Part shown: positions 11,259-23,177 of the stretch, one piece after another
Numbering within the stretch: position 1 is the stretch's first letter
How the letters are laid out: every line of letters starts with the position of its first letter
Assembly (NCBI RefSeq): GCF_014280175.1
Contig: NZ_CP047931.1
Location: 60,001 to 92,000, forward strand
Source of the DNA: Synechococcus sp. A15-28
GTDB taxonomy: Bacteria; Cyanobacteriota; Cyanobacteriia; PCC-6307; Cyanobiaceae
Direction: 5' to 3'
DNA length: 32,000 nt
The notes under the pieces: model-generated
Told to the model about the DNA's origin: nothing
Seen by the model: the letters and a program-made list of their open reading frames with translations, nothing else
Database searches by the model: none
Made by a program: the position numbers and the translations under genes

Positions 11259-11264
11259 GGGTCG

Positions 11265-11894
11265 ATGATGGCGGCGATGGCCCAGGACCACCCGATCTTC
11301 TCCGAAAGCATCCGGCGGATCCGTGAGGCCCTTGGGCCGACGGATCTTGAGCCACTGCAACAGCAGGTGCTGGAGCGCCTGGTGCACAGCAGCGGCGACC
11401 TTGCGCTGGCGGCCTTGCTGCGGTTCAGTCCCGGCGCCTGCGACGCAGGCCTGACGGCCCTGCAGCAAGGAGCATCTATCCTGACGGACACGGCCATGGC
11501 CGCGGCGGCGGTGGCGCCGATGGCCCAGCGGACCCTTGGGTCATCCGTGCGCACGGTGCTCGAGTGGGCCCCGGATCAAGCGCCGCTGGGGTCGACGCGC
11601 ACAGCAGCGGGGATGGAACGGGCCTGGCGGGAGCTGACGGCCCGCCCGCCCGCTCCCTTGGTGTTGATCGGCAGTGCCCCCACGGCCCTGGAGGTGCTGC
11701 TGGAGCAGGTGGCCGCTGGTGCGCCAGCCCCCAGCCTGGTGATCGGGATGCCGGTGGGGTTTGTCGGGGTGGCTGAGAGCAAGCGCCATCTGGCCAAGAG
11801 CGGTCTGGACCAGATCTGTCTGGAGGGCAGCCGCGGCGGTGCGGGCCTGGTGGCCGCGGCGGTCAATGCCCTGTTGCGGGCGGCCGCAGGCTGA
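11265..11894 (+). CDS. cobH: precorrin-8X methylmutase / cobalt-precorrin-8 methylmutase (CobH/CbiC) family
   Basis: MAQDHPIFSESIRRI..., LIGSAPTALEVLLE, VIGMPVGFVGVAESKR signature. The ORF track extends 5' to 10971 but that extension overlaps holA antisense. Confidence 0.88.
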   Translation: MMAAMAQDHPIFSESIRRIREALGPTDLEPLQQQVLERLVHSSGDLALAALLRFSPGACDAGLTALQQGASILTDTAMAAAAVAPMAQRTLGSSVRTVLEWAPDQAPLGSTRTAAGMERAWRELTARPPAPLVLIGSAPTALEVLLEQVAAGAPAPSLVIGMPVGFVGVAESKRHLAKSGLDQICLEGSRGGAGLVAAAVNALLRAAAG

Positions 11895-12912
11895 GGCAGT
11901 CCCCCTGCCATTGCAGCCGCCAGCCGCCGGGGAGGTCGCAGCCGCTTCCGGCGGCCCCCACGGCCAGTCGTTCACTCAGCTCCTCCAGCAGGGCGGCGTT
12001 GAGTCCAGGAACCCCTTGGTGTTGCAGCCACACCGCGATCAACTGACGGCGGGTGGTGGGTTGCAAGGCTCCCAGCCGGCGCCGATCCAGACCAGTGCTG
12101 GTGCGCAGCGGCTCAAGCGCCAGCAGGCTGAGCTCTTGCTGAGTGTCCCGCAGCTGGGACGTCCGTTCCGCCAGTTCGGCCATCCGTTGACTGCAGCCCG
12201 GATGCAGTTGCTCCAGCACCGGCAGCACCTCGGCGCGGATGCGGTTGCGGGCAAAGGCCGCTGATTGGTTGCTGGGGTCCTCCCAGATCGGGATGGCCAG
12301 ATCCCTGCACACTGCGGCGGTGTCGGTCCGGCTGAAGCACAGCAGGGGCCTCCGCAGTTGCACAACCTCAGGGATGTCGTTGATCAGGGGCCGCACCGGG
12401 CGCAGGGCGCCGAGGCCGGCCAGGTCCGTGCCGCGGGCCAGCTGCAGCAGCAGCGTTTCCGCACGGTCGCTGGCGGTGTGCCCCGTCACCACATCGGCCC
12501 CCAGCTGCGCGGCATGGTGCTGCAGCTGGGAGTAGCGCCATTGGCGGGCACTGGCTTCGCTGGAAACGTCGCCCGCCGGTGCTTGGTCAACCTGAACGGG
12601 TAAGTCCCGCTGTTGGCACCAGCTCCGCAGTTCAGCCGCGATCACCCCTGAACCCGGATGCCAGCCGTGGTCGCCATGCCAGACCCTCAGCGGCCAGTGG
12701 TGCAGTCGCTGCAGCTCCTGCAGCAGCACCAGCAGGGCCATCGAGTCCTGGCCGCCGGACACCGCCAGCAGCAGCGGTCGGCCCTGGGGCAGCAGCTGGG
12801 GTTGCTGCAGCAGCCGCCGGTGCAGGCGGTCGTGCCAGGGGCTCCAGGCCAAAGCGAGTGGGCGTTGTTCCCCCACGGTGTGAGAATTAAGGGATCGCTG
12901 TCCAGTCCCCAT
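11863..12912 (-). CDS. tilS: tRNA(Ile)-lysidine synthetase
   Basis: PP-loop LLLAVSGGQDSMALL, GHTASDRAETLLLQLARGTDL, RPLLCFSRTD. The start may be internal because the ORF 5' end overlaps the next divergent start. Confidence 0.92.
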   Translation of the reverse strand: MGTGQRSLNSHTVGEQRPLALAWSPWHDRLHRRLLQQPQLLPQGRPLLLAVSGGQDSMALLVLLQELQRLHHWPLRVWHGDHGWHPGSGVIAAELRSWCQQRDLPVQVDQAPAGDVSSEASARQWRYSQLQHHAAQLGADVVTGHTASDRAETLLLQLARGTDLAGLGALRPVRPLINDIPEVVQLRRPLLCFSRTDTAAVCRDLAIPIWEDPSNQSAAFARNRIRAEVLPVLEQLHPGCSQRMAELAERTSQLRDTQQELSLLALEPLRTSTGLDRRRLGALQPTTRRQLIAVWLQHQGVPGLNAALLEELSERLAVGAAGSGCDLPGGWRLQWQGDCLSLRPPATGH

Positions 12913-13669
12913 GTCCCGTCTTCAGCAGCTGCCCACCGATTTGCAGCGCAGCCTTGAGCAGCGCTCCACCCTCAAGGTGATCGCTGGCCTGATGAATTTC
13001 GATGCCGCCAGCGTGGAACGCGTGGCCCGGGCCGCCGGTCATGGCGGGGCGGATCTGATCGATGTGGCCTGCGACGCTGAGCTGGTGCGTATGGCGATCG
13101 AGGCCTCTGGCGGTGTGCCGGTGTGTGTGTCCTCGGTGGAGCCGGAACAGTTCTCCGCCGCCGTGGCTGCCGGTGCGGTGATGGTGGAGATCGGCAACTT
13201 CGATGCCTTTTATCCCCAGGGCCGCATCTTCGGTGCTGAGGAGGTGCTGGCCCTCACCCGCCGCACCCGCGAGCTGCTGCCGGAGGTGGTGCTGAGCGTC
13301 ACCGTGCCCCACGTGCTGCCGATGGACCAGCAGGAACAGCTGGCGATCGATCTGGTGGCCGCCGGTGCTGACCTGATCCAGACCGAAGGCGGCACCAGCG
13401 CCAAGCCCTTCAGTGCCGGCAGCCTCGGCCTGATCGAGAAAGCGGCCCCCACCTTGGCGGCGGCCCACAGCATCAGCCGTGTGTCGGAGGCTCCGGTGCT
13501 CTGCGCCTCCGGTCTGTCGGCGGTCACCGTGCCGATGGCGATCGCCGCCGGTGCCGCTGGCGTTGGTGTGGGATCAGCCGTGAACCGCCTCAACGATGAG
13601 CTGGCGATGGTGGCGGTGGTGCGTGGCCTGCGGGATGCCCTTGGCAGCGCTGTCGAGGCTCGCGTCTGA
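12911..13669 (+). CDS. ycf23: Ycf23-like / DUF561 family protein (TIM-barrel-like)
   Basis: LKVIAGLMNFDAASVERVARAAGHGGADLIDVACDAELVR, VCVSSVEPEQF, VEIGNFDAFY, recognised Ycf23 pattern. Confidence 0.82.
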   Translation: MSRLQQLPTDLQRSLEQRSTLKVIAGLMNFDAASVERVARAAGHGGADLIDVACDAELVRMAIEASGGVPVCVSSVEPEQFSAAVAAGAVMVEIGNFDAFYPQGRIFGAEEVLALTRRTRELLPEVVLSVTVPHVLPMDQQEQLAIDLVAAGADLIQTEGGTSAKPFSAGSLGLIEKAAPTLAAAHSISRVSEAPVLCASGLSAVTVPMAIAAGAAGVGVGSAVNRLNDELAMVAVVRGLRDALGSAVEARV

Positions 13670-13678
13670 GGCTTTGCC

Positions 13679-14515
13679 TCAGCTCCACTCCCATTCGATG
13701 CCGTAGCGGCTCCGGACGCCGGCAACGGTTTCTGCCAACTGTTGCCTGAGTTGGTGGCGTAGGGCTGGGTCGATTTGGTCACCCAGCCCGTCACCGGCAT
13801 TGGCGCGGAGCAACGTCCCAGGCCAATCGATGGGTTGAAGTGCGAGAAAACTTAGCAGCTGCTGCCAGACGAGCTCCGGGGTGGAGAACAGGTCTTCACT
13901 GCGCAGGATCAGCAGCTGCTCTCGAGGGAACAGGGCCTCGTAGCGGTCCAGCTGTTCGAGGTATCGGCTGCGGCTGAGGTAGCTGTGTTTCTGCAGGCTG
14001 ACGGGATCGCAGCTCTGCAGGCGTTCCGCTTCCGCAGCTAACGCATCGAACGGCTCCAAGGTTTCAAAGCCTCGTTTGCGGGCGTGAAACAGCTGGGAGA
14101 TGGTGCGTTCCACCGGGTCCCTCAGTAGCACCACCAAACGGGCCTTGGGGAGGAGGTTGTGGATGCGACCCGGCACATCGGGGTGGAATAGGTAGAAGGG
14201 TGTGATCTCTCCGCACGTCTGGTGGGGTTCAGCGTTCGTGAAATGGCCTCGGTACCAGCCTTCTCCTGCGTCGTGGTTCTGATCAAAGAAATGAACTTCC
14301 TTGCAGGCCGGTAGATAAACGTCGGGGTGCTGTTCCAGCAAGCGATGCAGTGTGGTGGTGCCGCCCTTTTGGGTGCCGAGACCGAGAAACTCAGGGAGGG
14401 GGGCTGCCATTCCGCTGGTGTGGCCGATTGGCGCCATTGTGCTGGGGGTGCCGGGGCTGAACGCCTTCATGGTGTGAAGAGTGGCTCGCAACGCCCCAAA
14501 GCCATCTGTCCACAT
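13679..14515 (-). CDS. sulfotransferase family protein (start uncertain; MKAFSPG at 14470 or MAAPLPE further in)
   Basis: FLGLGTQKGGTTTLHRLLEQHPDVYLPACKEVHFFD (PAPS 5'-phosphosulfate loop-like) and ARLVVLLRDPVERTISQLFH. Confidence 0.85.
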   Translation of the reverse strand: MWTDGFGALRATLHTMKAFSPGTPSTMAPIGHTSGMAAPLPEFLGLGTQKGGTTTLHRLLEQHPDVYLPACKEVHFFDQNHDAGEGWYRGHFTNAEPHQTCGEITPFYLFHPDVPGRIHNLLPKARLVVLLRDPVERTISQLFHARKRGFETLEPFDALAAEAERLQSCDPVSLQKHSYLSRSRYLEQLDRYEALFPREQLLILRSEDLFSTPELVWQQLLSFLALQPIDWPGTLLRANAGDGLGDQIDPALRHQLRQQLAETVAGVRSRYGIEWEWS

Positions 14516-14544
14516 GTGAAAATCAAGCCCTGAATTCCAGTTCC

Positions 14545-14733
14545 ATGCAGTTCATCAACACGCTGACCGTTTTGGCCCTGGTGGTGGCGTCCTTCGCTTT
14601 GATCGTTGCGGTGCCGGTGCTGTATGCCTCCAGTGAGGACAGCGGCCGCTCCAACCGTTTGATCCTGCTGGGCAGTGCTGTGTGGGTGGCGCTGGTGCTG
14701 CTGAACTGGGGTGTGAGCTTCTTCGTCGTCTGA
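14545..14733 (+). CDS. psbZ: photosystem II reaction center protein PsbZ (Ycf9)
   Basis: 62 aa with two TM helices: MQFINTLTVLALVVASFALIVAVPVLYASSEDSGRSNRLILLGSAVWVALVLLNWGVSFFVV. Confidence 0.93.
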   Translation: MQFINTLTVLALVVASFALIVAVPVLYASSEDSGRSNRLILLGSAVWVALVLLNWGVSFFVV

Positions 14734-14796
14734 GCTCTGTCTCAGATAGAACCTGACAGGTGCCACGATGGCTGAGATTCAGTCGGCACCTTCCCA

Positions 14797-15279
14797 ATGG
14801 CCACATTTGAAGGACGTTTCTCTGACGCAGCCGGATTGCGCGTCGGCATCGTCGTGGCCCGTTTCAATGATCTGGTCACCGCCAAGCTGCTGAGCGGCTG
14901 TCTCGACTGCCTCAAGCGCCACGGCGTGGATGTGTCGGAGACCAGCTCCCAGCTGGATGTGGCCTGGGTGCCGGGGTCGTTCGAACTCCCGATCGTGGCT
15001 CAGCAGATGGCTCGCTCAGGCCAGTACCAGGTACTGATCACCCTGGGCGCGGTGATCCGCGGCGACACGCCCCATTTCGATGTGGTTGTGGCGGAGGCCA
15101 GCAAGGGCGTTGCTGCGGTGGCGCGCGACACGTCCGTGCCGGTGATCTTCGGCGTGTTGACCACCGATACGATGCAGCAGGCGCTAGAGCGGGCGGGCAT
15201 CAAGAGCAACCTGGGGTGGAGCTACGGGCTGGAAGCCCTGGAGATGGGCAGCCTGATGCGGGCCTTGCCGTCGGCTTGA
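14797..15279 (+). CDS. ribH: 6,7-dimethyl-8-ribityllumazine synthase
   Basis: [58 protein letters not shown]. Confidence 0.95.
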   Translation: MATFEGRFSDAAGLRVGIVVARFNDLVTAKLLSGCLDCLKRHGVDVSETSSQLDVAWVPGSFELPIVAQQMARSGQYQVLITLGAVIRGDTPHFDVVVAEASKGVAAVARDTSVPVIFGVLTTDTMQQALERAGIKSNLGWSYGLEALEMGSLMRALPSA

Positions 15280-15283
15280 GGCT

Positions 15284-18001
15284 TCACGCCGCCAACTGAT
15301 CGAGCACCTGACGGGCCCGTTGCACCACGGGTTTGGGAACGCCGGCCAGCCGTGCCGCTTCGATGCCGTAGCTGCGGCTGGCTCCTCCGGCCTGCACCTG
15401 GTGCAGGAACACCAGATCCTCGCCGGTTTCCTCCACCAGCACCTGGAAGTTGGCAACGTTGGTGCGTTCCGAGGCCAGGTTGTTGAGCTCGTGATAATGG
15501 GTGGCGAACACGGTGCGGCTGCCCAGATCACCCGCCAGGTGCTCGCTGACGGCCCAGGCGATGGAGAGGCCATCGAAGGTGGCTGTTCCCCGCCCGATTT
15601 CATCGAGCAGCACCAGGGACCGATCGCTGGCGTGGTGCAGGATGTTGGCGGTCTCCGCCATTTCCACCATGAAGGTGGATTGGCCGGCGGCCAGATCATC
15701 AACAGCCCCCACCCGGGTGAAGATCCGATCGGTGATGCCGACAGTGGCGGATCGGGCCGGCACCCAGCTACCGATTTGCGCCATCAACTGAATCAGGCCG
15801 ATCTGACGCAAATAGCAACTCTTACCACTGGCGTTGGGTCCGGTGAGCACCACCAGATCAGTGCCCTCTCCGAGATGGACGTCGTTGGGGGTGAAGGCGG
15901 TGTCCGCAAGCCGTTGCTCCACCACCGGATGGCGGCTGGCCTTGAGTTGCAGGACCCGGCTGTCGCTGATGGCGGGGGCGCAGTAACCGCCGATGGCGGC
16001 CACATCGGCCAGGCCGGTGAGGGCATCCAATGCAGCGATGGCACGGGCGGCCTGCCGGATCGGTGCTGCGTGGGTGCCCACCTGCTCGCGCAGCTGGCAG
16101 AAGAGCTCGTATTCCCGCTGGCAGGCGCGGGCCCGCAGTTGAAAGATTCGCCCTTCCCGTTCCTTGAGATCAGGGGTAATGAACCGTTCCTCATTGGCCA
16201 GGGTCTGGCGGCGGATCCAGTGGTCCGGCACGGCGGTGGCTTTGGCCTTGCTCACGGCCAGGAAGTAACCAAAGGTGCGGTGGTGTTGCAGCTTCAGGGT
16301 GCTGATGCCGCTGTGCTGACGCTCCTGCTGCTCCTGATGGCTGAGCCAGGCGTCCTGATCGTCCAGCTGGTTACGCAGTCCATCCAGCAGGGGGTCGACG
16401 CCGTCATGGATCAGGTCGCCCTCGGAGAGGGAAAGCGGTGGGGCCTCCACCAGCTTGTGGCGAATCGTTCGGGCCAGCTCCGCCAGGGCTGGATCGGGGC
16501 TGAGCAATTGCTGCAACCACTCTGCCCCTGTGCTGATCACAGATTCCAGCCGAGCGGTGAGTTGGGGCAATCGCTCCAGGCCATCGGCGATGGCCACCAG
16601 ATCACGGGCACCGGCATGGCCTGCGCCGGCTCGGCCGGCCAGCCGTTCGAGATCACCCATCGGCCGCAGCAGCTGACGGATCGCGAGCCGCAACTGGCGC
16701 TGGCTCACCAAAGTGCTCACCAGATCCTGGCGTTGTTGGATGGTGCTGCGGTCCATCAGGGGAGCTTCCAGCCAGCGGCGCAGGCAGCGACCACCCATGG
16801 CAGTCAGGGTGCGATCGAGGGCCCAGAGCAGGGACCCCTGCAAGCGGTTGTCGCGCTGGGTGGCTGTGAGTTCCAGGTTGCGGCGGGTCTGGGCATCGAG
16901 CACCAGGGCATCCCCGGGGTGCAGGATGGCTGGCACCTCGAGGGGAATGCTGCTCTCCGCTTCCAACGGTTGGGTGTCCTGGAGGTAATGCAGCAGCCCG
17001 CCGAGGGCCTGCAGGGCCAGAGGATGCTCCGGTAGGCCCAGGCCTTCAAGGCTGACGAGACCGTAGTGCTCTTGAAGGGTGCGCTGCGCTTCCGCTGGGC
17101 TGAAGGGTGTGCGGGCCATGGGGGTGAGCCGCAGTCGTTCGGGGCACCAAGCCGGGCGGATGGCGTCGTCATCACCTGGGATCCACAGCAGTTCGGAGGC
17201 CTCCTGCTGCGCCAGTTGTTGATGCAGGGCGCTGCTTTCCTGCCGTTGCATCACCTGCACTTCGCCGGTGCTCACATCGGCACTGGCCAGGCCCCAGCGC
17301 AGTGGTTGTTTTCCCTGGGCTGGCTCCACCACCACCGCCGCCAGCCAGTTGTTGCGGCGGGCGCTGAGCATGCCCTCCTCCAGCACGGTGCCGGGGGTCA
17401 GCACCCGAGTAATGTCCCGCTTGAGCAGGGCACCCTTGGTGGGGGTGGTTTCGAGTTGATCGCAAAGGGCCACGCTGTAGCCCTGCTTGATCAGTTCGGT
17501 GCAGTAGCGCTCAGCGGCATGGTGGGGGACGCCCGCCATCGGCACCCGTCCGATTGCTTTGCCGCCCTCCTTACCTGTGAGGGTGAGCTCCAGCACTCGG
17601 GAGAGTTCGATCGCGTCTTCGAAGAAGCACTCGAAGAAATCACCGAGCCGGTAGAGCAGCACCCGTTCGGGGTGGGCTGTTTTGAGCTCCACGTAATGGC
17701 GCAGCATCGGGGTGAGTTGCTGCAGATCCACCTGGCTGTGGTGGGCCCAGGCTGGTTCGTCGCTGCTGGGTTCTGAATCGTTTGCAGACAGGGCTTCGCT
17801 GCTGCCCTCGCTTGATGTGGTCTGCCGCGTCCGGGGCCGGGCGGCGGCATCAGCGCCGAGTTCGTCGTCGCTGAGATCGTGGCTTGTTTCGGCAGGCTCG
17901 CGGCTGGCTGACGCCGCTGCGGTTGGTTCTGATGTACCGAACAGATTTCCCTGCAGTGCGTTGTCCTGGGGTTGGGAAGTGGACCGCGGCATCGGAAACA
18001 C
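15284..18001 (-). CDS. mutS: DNA mismatch repair protein MutS with ~90-aa N-terminal extension
   Basis: [15 protein letters not shown], Walker [40 protein letters not shown]-like, [28 protein letters not shown]. Confidence 0.96.
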   Translation of the reverse strand: MFPMPRSTSQPQDNALQGNLFGTSEPTAAASASREPAETSHDLSDDELGADAAARPRTRQTTSSEGSSEALSANDSEPSSDEPAWAHHSQVDLQQLTPMLRHYVELKTAHPERVLLYRLGDFFECFFEDAIELSRVLELTLTGKEGGKAIGRVPMAGVPHHAAERYCTELIKQGYSVALCDQLETTPTKGALLKRDITRVLTPGTVLEEGMLSARRNNWLAAVVVEPAQGKQPLRWGLASADVSTGEVQVMQRQESSALHQQLAQQEASELLWIPGDDDAIRPAWCPERLRLTPMARTPFSPAEAQRTLQEHYGLVSLEGLGLPEHPLALQALGGLLHYLQDTQPLEAESSIPLEVPAILHPGDALVLDAQTRRNLELTATQRDNRLQGSLLWALDRTLTAMGGRCLRRWLEAPLMDRSTIQQRQDLVSTLVSQRQLRLAIRQLLRPMGDLERLAGRAGAGHAGARDLVAIADGLERLPQLTARLESVISTGAEWLQQLLSPDPALAELARTIRHKLVEAPPLSLSEGDLIHDGVDPLLDGLRNQLDDQDAWLSHQEQQERQHSGISTLKLQHHRTFGYFLAVSKAKATAVPDHWIRRQTLANEERFITPDLKEREGRIFQLRARACQREYELFCQLREQVGTHAAPIRQAARAIAALDALTGLADVAAIGGYCAPAISDSRVLQLKASRHPVVEQRLADTAFTPNDVHLGEGTDLVVLTGPNASGKSCYLRQIGLIQLMAQIGSWVPARSATVGITDRIFTRVGAVDDLAAGQSTFMVEMAETANILHHASDRSLVLLDEIGRGTATFDGLSIAWAVSEHLAGDLGSRTVFATHYHELNNLASERTNVANFQVLVEETGEDLVFLHQVQAGGASRSYGIEAARLAGVPKPVVQRARQVLDQLAA

Positions 18002-18045
18002 ACTCGAAACCGGATCGTACCGAGCTTGTCCGGGGGAGGACGGCG

Positions 18046-18525
18046 TCAGCGGCGCAGCACCATCAGCTGCTGGGGCGAGGCGTCCTGGAAGCCCAGTTGG
18101 CGGTAAAAACTGGCACTGTTGGTGGTCATCAGATACACCCGTTCCACGCCAACCACCGGCGGGGCATGGAGCAGTTCATCGATTACGCGGCGGCCGAGGC
18201 CATGGCCCTGCAGATCACCGGCCACGACGATGTCCCAGAGCACGGCTCGGCTGAAGCCATCGGAGGTGGCACGGCCGAACCCCACCAGCCGCTTGCCGCG
18301 CCAGAGGCTCACCACGGCATCGCTGCCGGCCAGCAACCGCCGCAGCTGTCCGAAGCTGCGGCCGCGCGCCCAGAAGGCATGGCGATCGAACAGCCGTTGC
18401 AGCTTGAGTAGGGCCCGGCTGGGGTGCAGATCCGGCCCGAGGCCCAGCCAACGCAGGCCGGGGGCACCGGGGGCGTGGTGAACCAGCCGGATCGGGGTCA
18501 CGGGTTGGAGGCCGCAGCACTTCAT
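18046..18525 (-). CDS. GNAT-family N-acetyltransferase (start MKCCGLQ at 18525 preferred to 18573)
   Basis: [40 protein letters not shown] acetyl-CoA binding motif; the longer ORF overlaps the uvrB start. Confidence 0.82.
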   Translation of the reverse strand: MKCCGLQPVTPIRLVHHAPGAPGLRWLGLGPDLHPSRALLKLQRLFDRHAFWARGRSFGQLRRLLAGSDAVVSLWRGKRLVGFGRATSDGFSRAVLWDIVVAGDLQGHGLGRRVIDELLHAPPVVGVERVYLMTTNSASFYRQLGFQDASPQQLMVLRR

Positions 18526-18571
18526 CTTGCTCCCCGGCGATAATTGACGGCCGCTGTCTGGCCCCGCACCC

Positions 18572-20611
<2,040 letters not shown>

Positions 20612-20615
20612 GCTG

Positions 20616-21455
20616 ATGCATCTGTTACTGGCGCTGGACCGGGGTTTTGAAGCGCTCGGCTCCGTTGCACTTACCTCTTACCTATTGCACCATCGGTTTG
20701 AGTCGGTCGTGTTGGTCACACCGCAGGACCAGCGGCTGGTGCTGCTCGAGGCGGTTGCTGCAGGATTCGGCGTTCCATTGGTGTGGCAACCGATTGGCAC
20801 TGAGGCTGCTTTGCACGGGCTCGAGCCGGCCCTGCAGCCCTACTTTTTTTGCATTGAAGCGCTGCAGCAGCATCCTGGGCGCTATCTCTACGTGGACGCT
20901 GACACCCTTTGCGTGAGCGAGCTTTCGGCCTTGGAGGATCTGCCGTTGGATGCGTCGCATCCTTTGGCAGCCTGTTCCCATGGCCGGCCCATGCCCGACC
21001 GATCTCTGGTGCTTGGCTTGGAATCCCCTTTTCACTATTTCAATGCAGGGGTCATGCTCTTCGATGCTTCCGCTTTGGCCTGCAAGATCACACCTGCTGC
21101 TGTGGTGGATTACTACTTCAAGCACCGGGCGCTATGCCGTTTCAGGGAGCAGTGCTGTTTGAATGGTGTGCTGCGCGGCCAGGTTCAATACCTGCCGGGC
21201 CAATACAACCTGCTCAGCTGGATGCGTGAGCGTCAAGCCGAGGGTCGCTGGCACGATGTCGCTGCCAATCCAATGGCCTATTGCTTGCCGGATGTTCGGG
21301 AGCGGATGGCGATCGTGCACCTTTCTGCTGGCGCTCTCCCGACGCGGGTGGAGCCGACCCGCCATGAACGCGTGGATCGCTATTGGCTCTATCTGGAACA
21401 GGAGCTGCAACAGGGTCAGGCGCTGGCTCAGCTTTTGCGTTTTGCCGACTGGTGA
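20616..21455 (+). CDS. glycosyltransferase family 8-like protein
   Basis: 279 aa; GRYLYVDADTLCVSEL (DxD), FNAGVMLFDASAL, DQ-like/NLLSWM region typical of GT8 fold. Confidence 0.65.
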   Translation: MHLLLALDRGFEALGSVALTSYLLHHRFESVVLVTPQDQRLVLLEAVAAGFGVPLVWQPIGTEAALHGLEPALQPYFFCIEALQQHPGRYLYVDADTLCVSELSALEDLPLDASHPLAACSHGRPMPDRSLVLGLESPFHYFNAGVMLFDASALACKITPAAVVDYYFKHRALCRFREQCCLNGVLRGQVQYLPGQYNLLSWMRERQAEGRWHDVAANPMAYCLPDVRERMAIVHLSAGALPTRVEPTRHERVDRYWLYLEQELQQGQALAQLLRFADW

Positions 21456-22066
21456 TGGTGGGGGAAGCACCGCTGGGTGATTGAAAAGTGAGGGCTGAGG
21501 AAGCGGTTCAATTTCTTCACTGGTGTGGCTTGGATGTGGAACACCAGCAGTTGCTTGGTTGCTACGCCTTGGAAGTAGCTCAACACCTCGGAATGATGCT
21601 CGTACCAATCGCTGAGCCAGCGGCGCTTGAGTTGGCGTTTGCTGTAAGTGCCTTTGTCTTTTAAGGCGCGCCGGTAGGCCGCGGCGAATTGGCCCTTGTC
21701 ATGTTGCAGGCGGGAGCGCAGCCAATCGAAGGGATCCCGGGTGTTGAGGATAAACAGCGCGTCTGGGTAATCCCGGTGAAGTTCACGGAAGTAGCGGCAG
21801 CCCTCGATCAGCGGGGCGTGATCGCTGTTGCTGCGCCCCCAGGGGGAGCCGGGGATGCAGTTCATATCGGTGTAGGCGGTCCAGAGATCGATGCCTTTTA
21901 GCAGTGGTCGGCCTTCAGCTCGGTTGCGGTGTAGGGCAAGGGCCAGGGTGTTGGCCCGCCAGTGCACCGAAGCGATGCCGTTGGCCGTGAAGTAGTCGTG
22001 AAAGGAGGTGGTGCCGCACTTGTTGAAGCCGATCAGAAAGATGCGGGGTTGCTTGGTGGTGCTCAT
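21428..22066 (-). CDS. sulfotransferase family protein
   Basis: PRIFLIGFNKCGTTSFHDYFTANGI (P-loop like) and ALFILNTRDPFDWLRSRL. Confidence 0.78.
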   Translation of the reverse strand: MSTTKQPRIFLIGFNKCGTTSFHDYFTANGIASVHWRANTLALALHRNRAEGRPLLKGIDLWTAYTDMNCIPGSPWGRSNSDHAPLIEGCRYFRELHRDYPDALFILNTRDPFDWLRSRLQHDKGQFAAAYRRALKDKGTYSKRQLKRRWLSDWYEHHSEVLSYFQGVATKQLLVFHIQATPVKKLNRFLSPHFSITQRCFPHHHQSAKRKS

Positions 22067-22875
22067 GCGTCGTTCCAGCGATCGTCTTGCCAGAGGGCCC
22101 GCTGATCGGGGTTGTCCAGCAGGTTGCGGGCAAGCTCTGGTAGCGAGTGAGATCGGATTGCTTCGATGGGAAACGGTTTAACCCCATTGAGCCGTCGCAC
22201 GGTCATCACCGCTTCATGTAATTCGGCCTGGCGACGATTGGTAGTTGCTTTGGGGTGTTTGCGATAGCTCACGTGTTCCTCATCGATGGCGCGGATGGTC
22301 ACGCCTGCCCGGGCCATACGCAGGTAGAGGTCATAATCTTCGGCCAAGCTGAGGCTGGGGCGAAAGCCGTCACCTGCCGCCTCGAAGGCTTTTACCGTGA
22401 AGGCAGTGCCGGGGTTGGTGATGAAGTTGATCATCTCCAGTAAGGCTGCAGTGAAGGGTTGCAGCACTTGTTTAGGACTGCCTGATGGGTGGGTCGCACT
22501 GAACAGGCGCACCCGGGTGTAGATCAACTGGGGGTGGTCAGGATCCAGCAGCTCCCTGCAGCGTGCGGCGCGGTGGGGGTGGTTGAGATCGTCGCTGTCA
22601 AAGGTGAGTAGGCGAGGACTTCGAGCTAGTGCAACGGCTTGGTTGCGAGCTGCGCTTACGCCCCTTTCGCCATCTGGTAGGCGGTAATAGCGCAGGCGGC
22701 TGTCATCGAAGGCTGCGACCAGAGCTAATAGGTCGGCGTTGTCGCTGTGGTCGTCCACCACCACCGCTTCCCAAGCGTCACAGCTTTGGGCCAGGCAGCT
22801 GGCAAGGGCTGCTTTGAGCTCCTCAGGCCGGTTACGGGCCGGGATCAAAAAGCTGACGGCGGGTGTCCAGGGCAT
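22063..22875 (-). CDS. glycosyltransferase family 2 protein
   Basis: PAVSFLIPARNRPEELKAALASCLAQSCDAWEAVVVDDHSDN, VSAARNQAVALARSPRLLTFDSDDLNHPHR, SLAEDYDLYLRMARAG. Confidence 0.9.
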   Translation of the reverse strand: MPWTPAVSFLIPARNRPEELKAALASCLAQSCDAWEAVVVDDHSDNADLLALVAAFDDSRLRYYRLPDGERGVSAARNQAVALARSPRLLTFDSDDLNHPHRAARCRELLDPDHPQLIYTRVRLFSATHPSGSPKQVLQPFTAALLEMINFITNPGTAFTVKAFEAAGDGFRPSLSLAEDYDLYLRMARAGVTIRAIDEEHVSYRKHPKATTNRRQAELHEAVMTVRRLNGVKPFPIEAIRSHSLPELARNLLDNPDQRALWQDDRWNDA

Positions 22876-22976
22876 CGATGCGGTGGATCAACCAAAGCAT
22901 CATCTAATGCATGGCTGAGCAATTGACCATTGGGACCCTCGTGGGGCATAGTGAATAAGCCCTGAAGAGGACTACT

Positions 22977-23048
22977 GCGGATGTAGCTCAGTGGTAGAGC
23001 ATCTCCTTGCCAAGGAGAGGGTCGAGAGTTCGAATCTCTTCATCCGCT
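22977..23048 (+). tRNA. trnG-GCC: tRNA-Gly (GCC anticodon)
   Basis: GCGGATG...CATCCGC acceptor pairing, GCTCAGTGGTAGAGC D-arm, TCTCC-TTGCCAA-GGAGA anticodon arm, GAGAG-TTCGAAT-CTCTT T-arm; 72 nt; no encoded CCA. Confidence 0.96.
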
Positions 23049-23177
23049 TATGTTAATAAAGTTATCTCTCTTGACATAGTTAGCTGTTAAGGGCGAGTTT
23101 CCTTTGAAGTATTTTAGACTATACTTAGATCAATTTATCTGGTAACTGTTCTGGCTGACCTAAGTCCAAAAAAGAAT

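Noticed and set aside
10971-11264. N-terminal extension of the cobH-like ORF
   Set aside because: The first 98 codons are antisense to holA and lack similarity to the family; the plausible start is at 11265.
15320-17035. 571-aa plus-strand ORF antisense to mutS
   Set aside because: Fully contained in an unambiguous mutS; composition is that of a mirror frame of high-GC coding sequence.
23071-23125. Promoter for the export operon (TTGACA at 23071..23076 and TATACT at 23120..23125)
   Set aside because: The two boxes are ~43 nt apart and neither has a convincing partner at the usual 16-18-nt spacing; either could be real but cannot be called from sequence alone.
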